64,000 bases of DNA from Trichoplax sp. H2. Taxonomy: Eukaryota. A model generated the notes under the pieces. The model made no database searches and was not told where the DNA came from. It saw only the letters and a program-made list of their open reading frames with translations. The stretch spans positions 1 through 64,000 of the forward strand of contig NOWV01000130.1 in the NCBI GenBank assembly GCA_003344405.1. The letters are read 5' to 3'. Made by a program: the position numbers and the translations under genes. The number at the start of each line of letters is the position of its first letter. Position 1 is the stretch's first letter. Below are positions 13,871 through 27,698 of this stretch, one piece after another.

Positions 13871-14895
13871 TCAATTTAATTTTCGATAACAAATCATCGA
13901 TTTACTGTAGCCCGTTATTAAAGAGATCATTGGATTGATACAACATTTAACTTGAAAGAAAAGAATCAAAGTGACGACGAGACTACGAAGATGTGGATTA
14001 TCGCTCAATAAATCTAGTGTTAAAGTAAGCAATGATGCCCATAGCATATGCCGGCAGCATGGCCAAAAGATTCGTAAAACTGATGGTAATGGCTACTAAT
14101 AAGACTTTTCTTTATAGCGCCGATAATTATAACTTTTTCGAGTCATAAAAATTCTGTTTCTAATAGAACGTAATTTATATAATATCGAAATATAAAAACC
14201 CATTGACAAAATATACATAATTCCAGCAAGAAAGTATAATGACAATAAGAGAAGTTTGGCGGACCTATCCGTTAAGTGGTTGATAATACACAGATTATGG
14301 TAGTTATAAGTTTTGCGGTACTGTTTTTTTTTGTAGTATATGCAATTACATTACTTGCCACAGCAAATCCTATGCTAGTAATCCAAACTAGCGCTATAAC
14401 TTTTGCGATAGTCTTGGTTGACATAGGCCAATTAAAAGAAAATAGATAAAATGTACGTATAAATCGACCTCCAGCGATTATTACGGTGATAGAAGTCGAC
14501 ATGATGGACGAAAGTAGGAATAGAAATCTTCCAATATAGCAAAATGGGTTAGTTATCCAAATTTCATAGATCATACTTGAGTTTAAAGAAATTTGAGGAT
14601 CATGGGAAGTTGTTAGAGGATCAAATCGGTATCGTAGGTCCGATACAGCAATGATTAAAAGATAGAATGATCCTAAAATATCTGAAATTGTTAAATTTAT
14701 AACGAGAAGATAAAATATTTGATGCTTCCATAAGAGATTTTGACGATATCGTAATGTGATTCCATTAGCAACATCGCTTGGTTTTAGAACATGAATTATC
14801 TTGCTAAGGACAACAGTATTAGCGATGACTCCAATAATGCTAAATGACTAGGTAAATGTAATAGTGATATAATTGTCGTAAAGTAAAGACGCCAT
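13871..14895 (-). pseudogene. GPCR pseudogene, close paralog of 5580-6602
   Basis: MASLLYDNYITITFT*SFSIIG (Trp to TAG at 14848-14850). WITNPFCYIGRF present; later frameshifts; ends RKLN*. Confidence 0.88.
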
Positions 14896-16068
14896 ACAAG
14901 ACTATGATAAAAGTTTCAAAAATTAATTTTAAACTCAAAATTTCAAACTCTTTCGTGTCAACAAAGAAATTTGATCACCTTAGTTAAAATAGATTACAAC
15001 TAAAGACATTTTCAATAGTTTAAAGAAATAGTATTACATAATGATATAGCATCAAAGTCTTAAAATACGTATATTAATTATCGGGAATGATATTCTTTAC
15101 CATCTTCAACGAAATAGCCCTTTATTAAGTCAAACTGGCCAAGTATTGATGCATCTCATCGAATTAAAGATAGAAAAGTTTTAACTTTAAATCATATATT
15201 GTAATTAGAAAGTCTCAACTTTGGGTGGCTAACACAAAAAATAAATCGGGCAGCTTAAGAAAGCAAAGATTAAATAAGTTGAAAATATTTCATCTCGTGC
15301 AATATCGTATCTTAACGATGAGAATGAGAATAAAATCTTTTTTATACCTTAGGAAGGTAAAATAGAATATAATGATAGCATGGCATAAATTTCGTGACAG
15401 GCAACTTCGATTGATTATAATTATTTCTTTTACGTGAAAAATAAACCACAGCTTTCAAGATAACTCAGGTCAACAGGACCAGTACAGTATCGAATAATAT
15501 CCGCTGACATGCAGATGTATGTGCAGTGACTACAAAGGAGCTTCCCCTTGAATGATATAGTTGTAATTATCTTATAGATTAGAAAGCCGGCACCATGGCT
15601 AAGAAAGGCATTGTTTGTGAAATATGTGCAATCATTTCCTGCTTTTTCTTACTGATATAATACATATATCTCATCAGTTTCTCGTATGACGGTTCTAATT
15701 TTTAATTATCAATTAGTAAAGATAGGAAATTGTAGATAGCTGATTCTGTAATGTACTAAATTTTTATCTGATTTGGCATACTAATAATATACTTCATCGA
15801 AGAAATTGCAGGATAGTATAGTTGTCATAATCAATCGTTCGAAGTCTTTATAATAACAAGCAAGTTATCAAAATCACATTATCAAATACACCTGTATAAC
15901 AAAGACAGATTACGAGTATGTCTCAATTACATTCTAATCTCACTATAAAGTTATACTATTGCATTATGATGAAAAGTCAGCCTTATTACGCTACCTAGGA
16001 AGAAAAAGTTACATGTAGGCTAATTGAAATACTGTAGCTAGTAAATCTGACTTTAATTTTAATGCATA

Positions 16069-16192
16069 TGTCAACGGCAATTTGCGAAATCCGGCATTTT
16101 GCAAAATACCTAAGGCATTAGGCATTTTGCAAAATACCTAAAGAATTTCAGGCATTTTGCAAAATGCCGGATTTCGCAAATTGCCGGTAACA
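16069..16192. mobile_element. 124-bp palindromic MITE, TGT...ACA termini, 4-bp TSD CATA (Ginger-like)
   Basis: ~43-bp imperfect TIRs (CGGCAATTTGCGAAATCCGGCATTTTGCAAAAT core). CATA at 16065-16068 and 16193-16196. Third internal GGCATTTTGCAAAAT unit. Confidence 0.85.
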
Positions 16193-16649
16193 CATATAAT
16201 AAAAAGATCCTCTCTATACGTTCGATATTTACTCCTACTTGGTAAATATTCCTTGATGCGCAGTTTCAACTCCTAATATAAACTACTTCAACAAAGATCA
16301 ATAAGCCTTTCTAAATTATACTGCAGATTGACATCTTAATCATTACTAGTGTACAGAATGGGTTAGTGGGATATAGATTGTTATCTAATCCATAGATTAC
16401 TACAAGAATCTAGTCTAAAATCTAAAGTATTCCGAGCTCAAAGCGAAGTGAAGTCTCTTCTCTCTATGTGAGCTCATCTCTGTAGTTTTTAAATACATTT
16501 CACTAAATCCATTTATGACAGCTTAATTAGTCTACAATCAGACATGAGCCATCACAAAGAATATTTCTTAAATAGAACATCATTATCTTCAACAATTTGA
16601 ATCATTTTATCAAATAAATTCCGATATAATAGCATTTAAATTAATAATT

Positions 16650-17649
16650 TAAACATGATTTGCTTTGAGTTAGCAGAAAAATGTACTTGGATTAATTGCG
16701 CAATTAATTATAAAGCAAGAATAAGCGGTGGAGATACTGTTCGGAATATTTTACTATCGTAAACAATTTCATAGTTAGAAATAATCGCTACCACCAGCGA
16801 AAAGCTGGAAGTCACGTTAGAAAGTTGGTACAACCAATTATAATTGCTGTAAAAATTGCCTTTCCTTCTACTTCATTCTTAATGGTAGGCGATCGTAATA
16901 AAGAGTAATTTTTTCTCATAGTCCATAAACTATACATTACATAAGCGTAGAAATATATTCAAGTAGGATAGATAATTAAGCCTCCTACCGGTACTAGCCA
17001 TAAAAGTGCTTGAACATGATGATATAAATATTGTAATATTAATAATTTTTGATAAAAGGTGAAGGTGTGGTTGAGTAAGAGAACGTAGTACCGATGCTAG
17101 CTAATATTAGACTAATGATCTAAGGTACCACAAAAATGATTATAGAATGCTTCTAAGTTACGAGAAATTTTATAGAATAAGGATATTTTACCTGTAAAAA
17201 TTGATCAGCAGCAATCATGAAGCCAACAGACGTTGATTCATTAATAGTAGCAATCATCAGATATCTTGCCACATGGAAAAATGGACTATGTAACCGACTA
17301 ATTTATATCAATGTTGAATTAGTAGTCGAACTGACAGAAGATGATGCTATGTCTACAAAACGATAACGTGTATCACCTGCAGTAACGATGATCACGTAAT
17401 GTGATTGTAATAAATCTTTAGCAGCCAAATTTATTATCAATATTGTGAACATTTTACTACGTATACGGTATATTATCCTTGCTAGATTATGAGGAAAAAC
17501 TTTATGTAACATAGAGTTAGACTCTTAAATGCTCGATAATCCAGATATAAGAACTAGAATATTGCTTGTAATTATCGCTCTAATCGGACCAATACTGTAA
17601 TCCAAACAAGATATGAGCTGAATAGGTTATTAACTGTATAGATGCCAAA
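16650..17649 (-). pseudogene. Decayed GPCR pseudogene
   Basis: FTILIINLAAKD...AGDTRYRF (TM2), an SPF..VARY remnant and NCAINP (TM7). Start codon lost; many disruptions. Confidence 0.78.
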
Positions 17650-18689
17650 AACGTAGGTTAATATTATGTTGTATATATTTACGATCGTATAATTTACGAT
17701 AGCTGGAATAAGACAGCAATTATTGTTCATATAATAATATTTAAAGGATACTCTTGATATTTATTATTGAATGGTAGAATTTTTCGTGAGGCGTAACCGG
17801 AAAAATTTAACTGCATCAATTATTAAAGAAAACGAAAAAGCCATAATTGATATGTTATTCGTTACCTAAATATATGAGCCATCAATAATTTTTTAGGAAT
17901 ATAGATAAATCAGCACAATAATAACAATATATCTTTAGCTGCCGATAGTAACCTCGCATGAAAAGTTTCTCAAAATAATATGTTCAATCAAATACTACAA
18001 TAATTTTAAAGTGTGTTATCTATAAATATCTGTACTACTTATTATTACAGAAATGATGCCTTTTTAGTCATTTAAACAAACCTTTAAATTTAATGTGAGA
18101 AAATAGGAGTATGAAACATACATACTGTTTAGCAGCAGCTGTTATTATGTCTTATACTTATGTACTTTAGCTCTAAATGTCTCGCAGGTTTACAATTTTA
18201 ACGGATCACTTATTTATCTGATCTTATGCAAATAATTACATCTTAATTTTTTAGTTATAAATAATTTATAATGAAAATCATTCGATCTCCAAATAATATT
18301 ATAGCTTAAATATTTGGTGCAGGGAAATAAAAAGTACACGGTTACAGTAAGGCAGTACGCTATAACTGTGTATGAAAAAATACGATAATATTATGCTCTC
18401 ATAATTAGAAAATAGACTTTAATTATAGTAATAAATAAAATTATACCCTCTATAGTAGATATTGTATTAGCAAAAGTATATTTTGATAACTATGTTTATA
18501 TATACTAAATTAATTGTATTTGCAAACATTTTGTTCTAATATTGTAAAGTTATAACAATAAAAACTAGTACAGTAAAGCACTTATAAGCTACCATGATAA
18601 AATGATCTTTATGGTACTGAATCGCCATGTCTTCTTTTTAATAAAATGATATTTGCTCGTGAATTTAGCTATCTGTTATCTTTGTTAAA

Positions 18690-19200
18690 CCACTTGTTAA
18701 AAATCATATAAAAATAATGAATCGGAAATAATTTATAACTGAATAACAAGATAATGAATAAATTTTCCAAACATAACAGTTAGTATATTATCTTATACTA
18801 TCGAAAAGACTACGGTACATAGCATAAGTGATTAAAGATAGCAAAAGTCGGTAGAAAGGTATAGTTAGCTCCTATCGCAGTTTCAATTTATTGATTGATG
18901 CTTCTATTAATAGCTTAATATTGGCTTAACATACATCATAAAACAAGAATTAGCGCCAAATACGTTCAATATTAATCGTGTAGGTCTTAATTTCACAAAT
19001 TATATTACAAATGTAATACCTTATATTCCGACGGATCAGGCAAATAATACGCCAGGTTATACGCATAGCAATATTTGGATCAATTTTTAGCAATGCTAGT
19101 ATATCGTGCAATACTCTGCTCACCGGAAATTTATTACCGTCCATCATTCACCCTCAATAATAAGTAATATGAAATATTATAGACATTTCTTCAAATACTG
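18690..19200 (-). pseudogene. Highly decayed GPCR fragment (TM3-TM7 remnants)
   Basis: IARY-like remnant near 19105, a DR-like remnant near 19035 and a TM7-like Q...P.IF remnant near 18720. Boundaries approximate. Confidence 0.4.
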
Positions 19201-20221
19201 AATGATTACATTTTAGAAAAATGTACCTGCCCCCGATACGTAGTAGTCACATACGGTATAGTATAAGGAATGATAACGATTTTAAATATCAATATTATTC
19301 CGGGATGATCAATAATATTATTACAAGAGTCGAATAATTTTGATATACAAGTGGATGAATAATTATCGAAAGATCCTTCAATTTCAGCATCTCAAGCTCT
19401 GTCGAACTTAATATACCTCTTAGTGACGTTAAAACACGTACAATTTAGGGGATAGCAATCGTACGTCAACTTTAATGAAGCTCTAAAATTTAGAATCCTA
19501 TTCCAGCTACAACCTACTTTACGTGTTTTATTAAGTTTGTAGCTGCTAAATTATCGTTAAACTTCTATCAAAATTTATGAAATAATAATTAAGGAACTAT
19601 CCATAAATACGTACAAGTCACAATTCTATTATTAACATAATAGGTTTTAGTAGTCATTGTCACGAAAATAGTCTTCGTGATATGCACTTTATTTCTATGT
19701 TACTTTTTATATATGTTTGAATCTCAGAAATGTTTAGTGGTTCACAGTCGATATGTTGGTAATCCTTAATTTAGGATTGGATTGACTAAGACAGTAATAC
19801 CAGTCACTTAAACTGGATTGTATTTACCACCTCTATTGTTGTTAAGGTTCAACGTATGATTTCTAAGTATAGAAGAAATATCTTAGTAGGGTGGTCTAAT
19901 ATGTGTTTGTTAAACTATTATTTGCATAGATTAATTTATTACTGATACAGTAAATTTGATAGGGTTAGACTGCACTTAGCCTTTACAGATAGAGGCTCGT
20001 TAGAGTATTAATTTGATTAATGCTAATGGAAGAGGTGGCTTGTGTAGTTAAACCGGTTCCAGTTCCTGAAACTTATATAACGGCGGCTTCGACGATAAAT
20101 AAATTAGATTATAATTTTCTGATTATTTTGAAAATCTCGTTGTGTTAAATTCTGTCTGCCTAATAAAACCAATTTACTGGTATTGAAAATACTCTCTCGA
20201 CCCTTGTTGCAAGTTAAGGCT

Positions 20222-20797
20222 TATGATATATACTCGATCACGAATATTCCAAGTTGTAGAAAATTAGAACTTTAATAGATCTAATACAAAGACTAGCTAC
20301 ACACAGCTCTACTCTAGCTGAATACAACTACTGAAAGACTTCTAGAAAGAACAATCAGATAATCTAAAGTCTCCGGCTTTTATACTCTCCTTAGCCTTCG
20401 CAGCTACAATCGGTATAGCAGCATTCTACTATAATTTACACGTAGTCAAATTATTAATAGTAACAATATTTTATAGCGGATCATCATTAATCTGATACGG
20501 CAACAACTACAGTATTTCCGTGGATATTATTCTTAGCAGTCAAAGTATGGTAAACTAAGCATATCCTAATACATGTATATGAATTGCAGTTCTATTTTTA
20601 CCTCTAACCTTAATAGTAACTCAACACCTTACTATATATACGGTATAGTCATCTGTACTATAACACAGAATCTACCATTACAGTCCACAACAGCGAGCTA
20701 CCACATACGTCGTTAGATAAATATAAAAAGTTGCACTTCCGTACATCTTATTAAACATAGCTAAAAGTCTACAACCACAATACTAAGTTTCGTTACA
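20222..20797 (-). mobile_element. 576-bp solo-LTR-like element, family B
   Basis: TATGAT (degenerate TG) ... GTTACA termini, flanked by AGGCT/GGGCT (4/5 match). Homologous to 8885-9353, 9530-10682, 33326-33450 and ~35080-35450. Confidence 0.7.
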
Positions 20798-21743
20798 GGG
20801 CTATTCTAAGCTCGTAACTGCCACAAATCCGCTAATATTCGACGTAGTCAATCTATTATGACCGTAATTTGATTGGTTATATTTTATCAAGTAATGAATA
20901 ACCAGGATACAAATGCAATTATAGAGTAAATCATGAACTTAATAAAAAAATTCATTATTAGTTAAAGTTCATGTGTTCTAATGCTTAAAAATTTAACACT
21001 ATTCAAATGGAATTGGATTTCAATCCGAATTCCAAATGAATCTTAAATCTAACATCAGTTACGACATTCTTGAAGCAGTTAATTCATTTAGATAACTGAT
21101 ACTAAATATTCAAAATGATTAACTCGGATGAACGATATTCATTTATTTAAAATTTCGAGCGCTATTACTCATTTGTCTAATTATATAATAATACTAATTA
21201 TATCATCAATTATTATGGCATTAGTACTGTATTGCAATTTTATAGAAATATACTAATGCTTCTCGAGTACAAACTTGGTTTGCTACCGTATCTGTTTGGG
21301 AAATAATATTCAATAAATGTACCAAATTTAGAAAAATGTTCCATTTCGGTCAATTAGCTTCACATTAGATAAATTATGTCCAGATAGCACCGGAATTCCT
21401 TATTAAACTAATATGTATCGTACCTGCTACTGATGTGGTATTCAAACATTTATACGAGCAATTAAAAAGAATATATTTAATCTTATTTAGTCATAGATAA
21501 CTACCAAATATGGTCTTGCTAACGTAGGATACGTCTTCTAGTTTAAAAATAAATATCATGGAAATGTATCTAAAAAAACTAGTATTGTGTTCTAATAGCT
21601 TCGTTTCCGATATATTATACTAAGCCATCTGTTGAAACGATTTATTTAGTCTGCTTAAGTTCTACGTTATGAATTTGCTACATTTTGTTCAAGAATTCAA
21701 TGATCGAATTTAAGTCTTCTATCTACCTCTATCTTATATAGCA

Positions 21744-22771
21744 TCACTTTGTTTTTGCTGAGATCGTAGAAATTGGAAAAATTATAGGATTAATAGCGCA
21801 GTTAAGCTGCAAGCCTAAACTTAGAATGGGGAGTATAACATCTAAAGCTATGTTCATTCGAGTTTCCATCATTACTGAATCATCTACAACAATCATAAAT
21901 ATTACAGCGAGACAAGGAAACCAAAATATAGCATTTGCACATGTAATTATGGCTGCCGTATAGCGTACTTTTTTGCCAGCTTGTTTATTAATTTTTTTCA
22001 ATTTTGTCTTTAACCTGATCCCTCTGGAATATTTAATTTTATAAAATATTAAAACGTAGCTACCAATAACTACTATATAATTAATTGAACCACCAGTTAT
22101 TAGTGCTAGAAGCATCAGTTTGACGCTGATGTAACTCATATTATCGGCTGTGCATAAATTATGATAATGATGAACAACAGCAATCTGTGATGGAAATGTT
22201 ATGTAAGGCACAATGTTACCAACTGTACCTATAGCCGCACTAATTATCCATACAATCATTAACGCTGGAATCAGGCGTTTAGATGTAAAATACAAAGTAG
22301 AAAGATGCAGATAGACAATACTGAAAAGCCGATCTAAAGCCATTATATTCGTGATCATGCTCGTTGCTGAAACTGCAGTAAATGTCAAAAATCTTGCAAT
22401 ATAGCAGAAAGGACTGCGTTGCCAAGTTACAAAAATTTCGCTTGAGTTTAATACAATTGTAAAGTTACCATTATTATAAGAGATTTCATTAGCTTTAAAT
22501 CGATATCGTAAATCAGCAACTGCAACGATAATCAGATAGCATGAACCCCAAAAATCCGATATAGCCAAGTTTCGTATTAGTAAATAAAATTTTTATTACC
22601 ACGAAATATCAAAGATTTGTGAATATTTATCATTTTAGTGAAAATCTTAGGTGAGCGATTACCTTGTTTGGATGCTCGTAGAATTACTAATATATTGCAA
22701 ATTAAGCCAGTTAGTCCACAACTCCACGCCAGACACATAGCTGCAATATTATCACGCAGAATGGATGCCAT
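21744..22771 (-). pseudogene. GPCR broken only by a single 1-nt frameshift (recent pseudogene or sequence error)
   Basis: ORFs 22577-22771 (MASILRDN, TM1) and 21744-22568 (TM2-TM7) span 1028 nt, one short of 343 codons. The shift lies in AAAAATTTT at 22594-22586. Confidence 0.88.
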
Positions 22772-23869
22772 TGGCCGCTACTAGCAAAAAGGTGATATCG
22801 ATAATCAGCTTTTATTAGTGCACTTTTAATTTTATAAATAATCAATTTTGTGCAGAATCATGAATGTGTTTGAATTTCGTTTAATAATCGCTATATAAAA
22901 AGAATTATTGCTACAATCAGCAAGGATGAAATTTCAGACGTAATACACATTTATGTAGCATTAAATTTATTGTAAATACAGTTTGTTATCTACATAATGC
23001 CATATAATAATGAAACGATTTCATTATCATTATTCTTAATATTCATATAGTAGCCTTTCAAACATTTTATTTTGTTTCAAAATTAATAACAACCGATTTG
23101 ACAGAATACATCTAATTCTATTCTTGTATAATTAAATAATTTAATTATAAACACCTCAATATTGAACAATTACTGCGACAAAATGTATTTCTGGTAAATG
23201 TAAAAATTTTCTTCCATTAGAAGTATCATGACATTAATCACCATTTAGCAATATATTACATATTCTGTCTCGAAGATATTCCGTCTATTAGGGCAAACGC
23301 AAAAATTGGAGGATTATCTAAGCTTAAAAATATCTTGTAAGATAATAAAGCTTTACGTAATCGAAGCTTTTAAATTTTTCATTTTCAATTGGGTAGTAGT
23401 TAAGACGTCAAAAATATTATTTAGAAAAGCTGTTCCAATACCGTTAGTATTGTAAAGTGTAAATTTTATGATTTTGGATACTAAAATGTACTTAAGTAAA
23501 AATAGGTCTTAAAATAGGACATTCATGTATTTGGAAGACCCTTATGTATTCACTAATGTACCGACATCTTACTGATACTAAATTCAGTAAAACTATTATT
23601 AGAGAATTATGATATTATGATTATGATAACATGTTTAATATTATAGTCGCCGAAGGTTGTTCTAGACAAGAGTTTTAGAAAAATTGGGATAACGTAGGAA
23701 AATCCGTTCACATATTTATTTACTAGGGTGATGAACACTAAATTAAGAGATAGAGATAGCAATAATAACATGTTTACGCATAGGCATTTTCTACATAACC
23801 AAAGTTTTCTTTTAAAATAAAGATAAGTATTGCTCACGACTTTAGATCAAAACTTGACTTTGTGTCTTA

Positions 23870-24723
23870 AGTTAACTTGTGCTTTTCTTGTTCCATCTAC
23901 TAAGTTATGACAAATACTAATTTCACTTTGCTGAAAAAATTTAATTTAAGCTGTTATAAGCAAGAAACATTAAAAAGTGAAAATTGTACTTATTGATATG
24001 GAACGAGATGGTTATTATTATTTTAAAGTATCTGCATTATGCCATAATTATCAAGATGATCAAAGCATAAAAACTAAATATACTAGTTAGCAACTCATTG
24101 CTTCTGTGCTTTTAGTCCAAGCTGTACCATTTTGATAATGATATGTCATTAAGAATTAATAACCGGTAATTTACATTGTCGCTATAGTATGTTCCAAACT
24201 AAAAGAAAAATCCATAAAAACAGATCGACAGACGATCTATGCTAAGGTGTAGTTACTTAGTTTAAAAAGAAAACATACTAGTATGTAGCCAAATTTGCTT
24301 TTTCTGAAATAACTAAGATTTAAGGAAAAAATGCTAAAATATCAGCTCTGCATATACTGTATAACCGACATGGACAATAAAATTATCTTATTACTCTCGA
24401 ATTTGAGGTGATTTCTTATAGATATCGATTTTCTGCCGCTATTACGAATCGATATTCTAAAACGATTATAGTGATTATTGTTAAATAATATGAGAATAAT
24501 GGCCTGAAATAGCTTACCTAAGTATAGTTTAAGAAAAACTCTATCACTCTTAAAAAGAGTAGAGTTATAGGTAGAAAGTTTATTGTTTTTAAGAAAGTTT
24601 GATGAATTTTTATCGTGTTCCAATAACAACAAGATAACCAATACATCACCAATAATACCACTCAGGCCATGGCTTCTGGCTGAATATATTGGCACATCAT
24701 TATTTAGATAACATTAATGGCAT
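23870..24723 (-). pseudogene. Decayed GPCR pseudogene
   Basis: ATG at 24723; NNDVPIYSARSHGLSGIIGDVLVI (TM1), basic ICL1 and RVFLKL (pre-TM2). Downstream part heavily disrupted; 3' boundary approximate. Confidence 0.6.
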
Positions 24724-25186
24724 TATTCTAGAGATAGAATATAGATTAATGCAAAAAATAATTATAGAACTGATATTCAAAGCAGTTAAGTAAAAAATCA
24801 ATATTCATACGCTAGTATTTGATGCAAAGGGGACTATAATTTAATCTATGCTCTAACATGATCCCTTTAAATGTTGACCATTATATTGAATTATAATAAA
24901 ATCATGTTAAAGATGAATCGCCTATAATAATAACTACTAATCATAGCCCCTGGCCAGATATATTGACGTAACATTATTCATACAAAATAGATGGTATTAT
25001 TCTATAGATAAAATATAGAGTCATGCAAAAAGTAATCATCAGTCTATTTAGTCAAAGTACGTAATAAATTGATATTCGTGTGCTAGTCTTCGATGTAAAG
25101 CAAACTGTGTTTAATCTACATGCTGACACGATGCCATATAATTTTGACCATTATATTGAATTATAATAATATCATATTAAAGCGAT
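24645..25186 (-). repeat. Diverged tandem duplication (~270-bp unit) of a GPCR upstream region plus its first ~25 codons
   Basis: TTGACCATTATATTGAATTATAATAA occurs at ~24874 and ~25145. The second unit reads (I)PSILYE from ~24997 on the minus strand. Confidence 0.7.
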
Positions 25187-26681
25187 TGTACAGGTGTCGT
25201 GCTATTAGTGTACTGTAGAATTTTCACGAGTTTCGCTAGTTGTAATTAATTAATGTAATTAAGGTAAACTAAAGAAATTATGTAGCACGAAACTGTTGAT
25301 TGATATGCTATAATGCTCTAATTGGAGAAATTATCGCATAAAATAATATTAAATTAGATTAAATAGCTTTATGAAATTTTTACAATCATGTTTGATCGAT
25401 TCATGTGAAAACTACTGCAATAAGTATTATTTCTATTCCTACTATGAAACGGCCACTCAATAATTATCTCTAAATAGTAGCAGGTAAAAACAGTTTATTA
25501 CTTAATTTTGTTGTTGAATATTACTGTAGCAAACTTAGACGTCGTAATCTATAGATAGCCCGATTTCAGACTGAATACCCTCCTTAATTCTATATTAAAG
25601 TTATAGCTATCGGTTCCAATTTATGTACTAATAGCACTCGACTATTCTAACGTCCAAAAATCTTGTATCTTTGGCACAATTAGTCTTTTATGGATTGGTG
25701 CCGCCAACTTTACCATTTATCATCGGGCCTTACTTGGAACGTATTTCCTACATTTACCCTCTAATTTTTATAAATAGTAGGTTCTTTACTATTTCACGGT
25801 ATATAACATGTTAAGGAATTTAAGTCATTGCTAGGAGTAGAGGCTACAAAACCTCTATAATAAAGCACTTCCTCTTTCAATGTGGTGCCTTCAGTAAATC
25901 ACGGTATATATTGACGGTTAAAGGTATCTAAACTTATATCATTCATATTGTTTTCATTTCTTGCGCCGAAGTTATAGATTACTTTTCATGGATTTTTGGC
26001 GTTTATAAAGTTGATCCGTGGAGATATTTTGATTTATCAAAGTAATTTGTTTAGTTATAGCCATTCGATTCCGTAACTAGCGATTATATAAACGTGTATG
26101 CTTAGCAAATCAAGAGAACTTGCTCCCTCTAGTCGGTAGTACTTTGGAGCTTTTAGTCTAAATTAAACTATCCTTATTTATTCCAATTCTATGTACTAAC
26201 GGTTAAGATTTCATTTATTATAAATCTAATTCAATTACAAATTCTATACGATTGGAATTGCTTTAAAATATTGAACAGATTTTGATGAACAATTAATATG
26301 ATTAGATGTGCAAAATTTTGCAGTTATTGATAAATTAATAAATACGTAATAATTTCATTAAAGTTGCTGTGCTCTATATAGTTACTTGATTATTACCAAT
26401 AGCATTCGCAATTCCAATGATAATATCACCAGATTAATCAATCACAATCATAGATACAAATATTCAGGGTGAGTGTATAATGATGCAATTCACTTGTCAT
26501 ATTTATTCAATATCTAATGATCATTATTAGTGTTGATTTTTTATCTTATAAAAATCATAGAAACTTGTAGTAAAATAATGAGGTTATTTTTTATGAGAAT
26601 TTGCAATCATGGGGCTTATAGGCAAGATTTCCAGCTTTATAGTATTAATTATAAATTTTAATACCTATAACTAGATGAATT

Positions 26682-27698
26682 TTAACTTTTTCTCATTGAT
26701 AAAAGAAAAACTAGAGGATTAATACTACAATTAATCTGTATGCTTAAACTTGCTACTATCATAGCTATTTTAAATGCCCCATTAGTATATAGCAAGTAAA
26801 ATCTTAGAGTTGCAAGTAAAGATATAGCTAAGGAAGGAATCCAAGCAGCTAGATTTGAGAAGACTACTGTAGCGGTAATAATTAGAATTTTTTTCGCAAT
26901 TCTTTGATCAATACGACTAGATTTCGGTAATTTACTCGTATTTTTGCTACATCGTATTTTGTATGCTATAGCTATATAACAGCATGCTGCAGCTCCATAC
27001 GCTCCTACACCGGCCAGGACTAGTCCGGTGAGAAAAATTCTAATATATTCATTTTCTATATTATCCAAAGTACATAAATTGTGATAAAAATAATTTGTAA
27101 ATTGGTCCTTCAAATTTAATGTAATATAAGCAAAGACAGTACCAATCACAGCTGAACAAATGCCACAAGCCCACGATGAATAAATCAAAATCTGAAGACG
27201 CTTGGTTCTTAAACGCAAAGTCATGCTGTTTGAAGTGAATACACTTATAAATCGATCGACGGCTATTAAAACTGTTAGACATGTCGTAGCGCCAACAGAA
27301 AAGAAGTTAAAAAATCTTGCGATATAACAAGGTGGACTATGCATCCATGTAGCATAAATTAATGTATAATTAAATGTGGATGAAACATTGGAACTATAGT
27401 CACCCAGATTCAGAAATCGATAGTGTATATCCGCTCCAGCAATAATCAATAAGTAAATGCAGCCTATGAGATCAGATATTGCTAAATTAAAAATTAATTT
27501 AAGAAATATTGAACTTCTAGATGAGTTTTTCACCCTACCAGTGGGATACTTTCGAATAAGCTTACTCATGATTTTAGAGGACCTTTTTCCAACCTTAAAA
27601 ATTTTGATGATTACAGATATATTACCAATGGTTCCAATAATACCACAAACCCAAACTAGAGTAATGACGGTAGTATTATTATACAGGATAGACGCCAT
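26682..27698 (-). CDS. Intronless class A GPCR, LGR-like 7TM without ectodomain (338 aa)
   Basis: MASILYNN; GN; NLAISD..YLLIIAGAD; WMHSPPC; VDRF; YHNLC; AWIP; NCSINPLVF. Confidence 0.93.
   Translation of the reverse strand: MASILYNNTTVITLVWVCGIIGTIGNISVIIKIFKVGKRSSKIMSKLIRKYPTGRVKNSSRSSIFLKLIFNLAISDLIGCIYLLIIAGADIHYRFLNLGDYSSNVSSTFNYTLIYATWMHSPPCYIARFFNFFSVGATTCLTVLIAVDRFISVFTSNSMTLRLRTKRLQILIYSSWACGICSAVIGTVFAYITLNLKDQFTNYFYHNLCTLDNIENEYIRIFLTGLVLAGVGAYGAAACCYIAIAYKIRCSKNTSKLPKSSRIDQRIAKKILIITATVVFSNLAAWIPSLAISLLATLRFYLLYTNGAFKIAMIVASLSIQINCSINPLVFLLSMRKS

Noticed and set aside
19658-20220. Possible reverse-oriented family A LTR starting TGTCACGAAAA
   Set aside because: One end resembles the 10468 terminus, but the other end and a TSD could not be defined.
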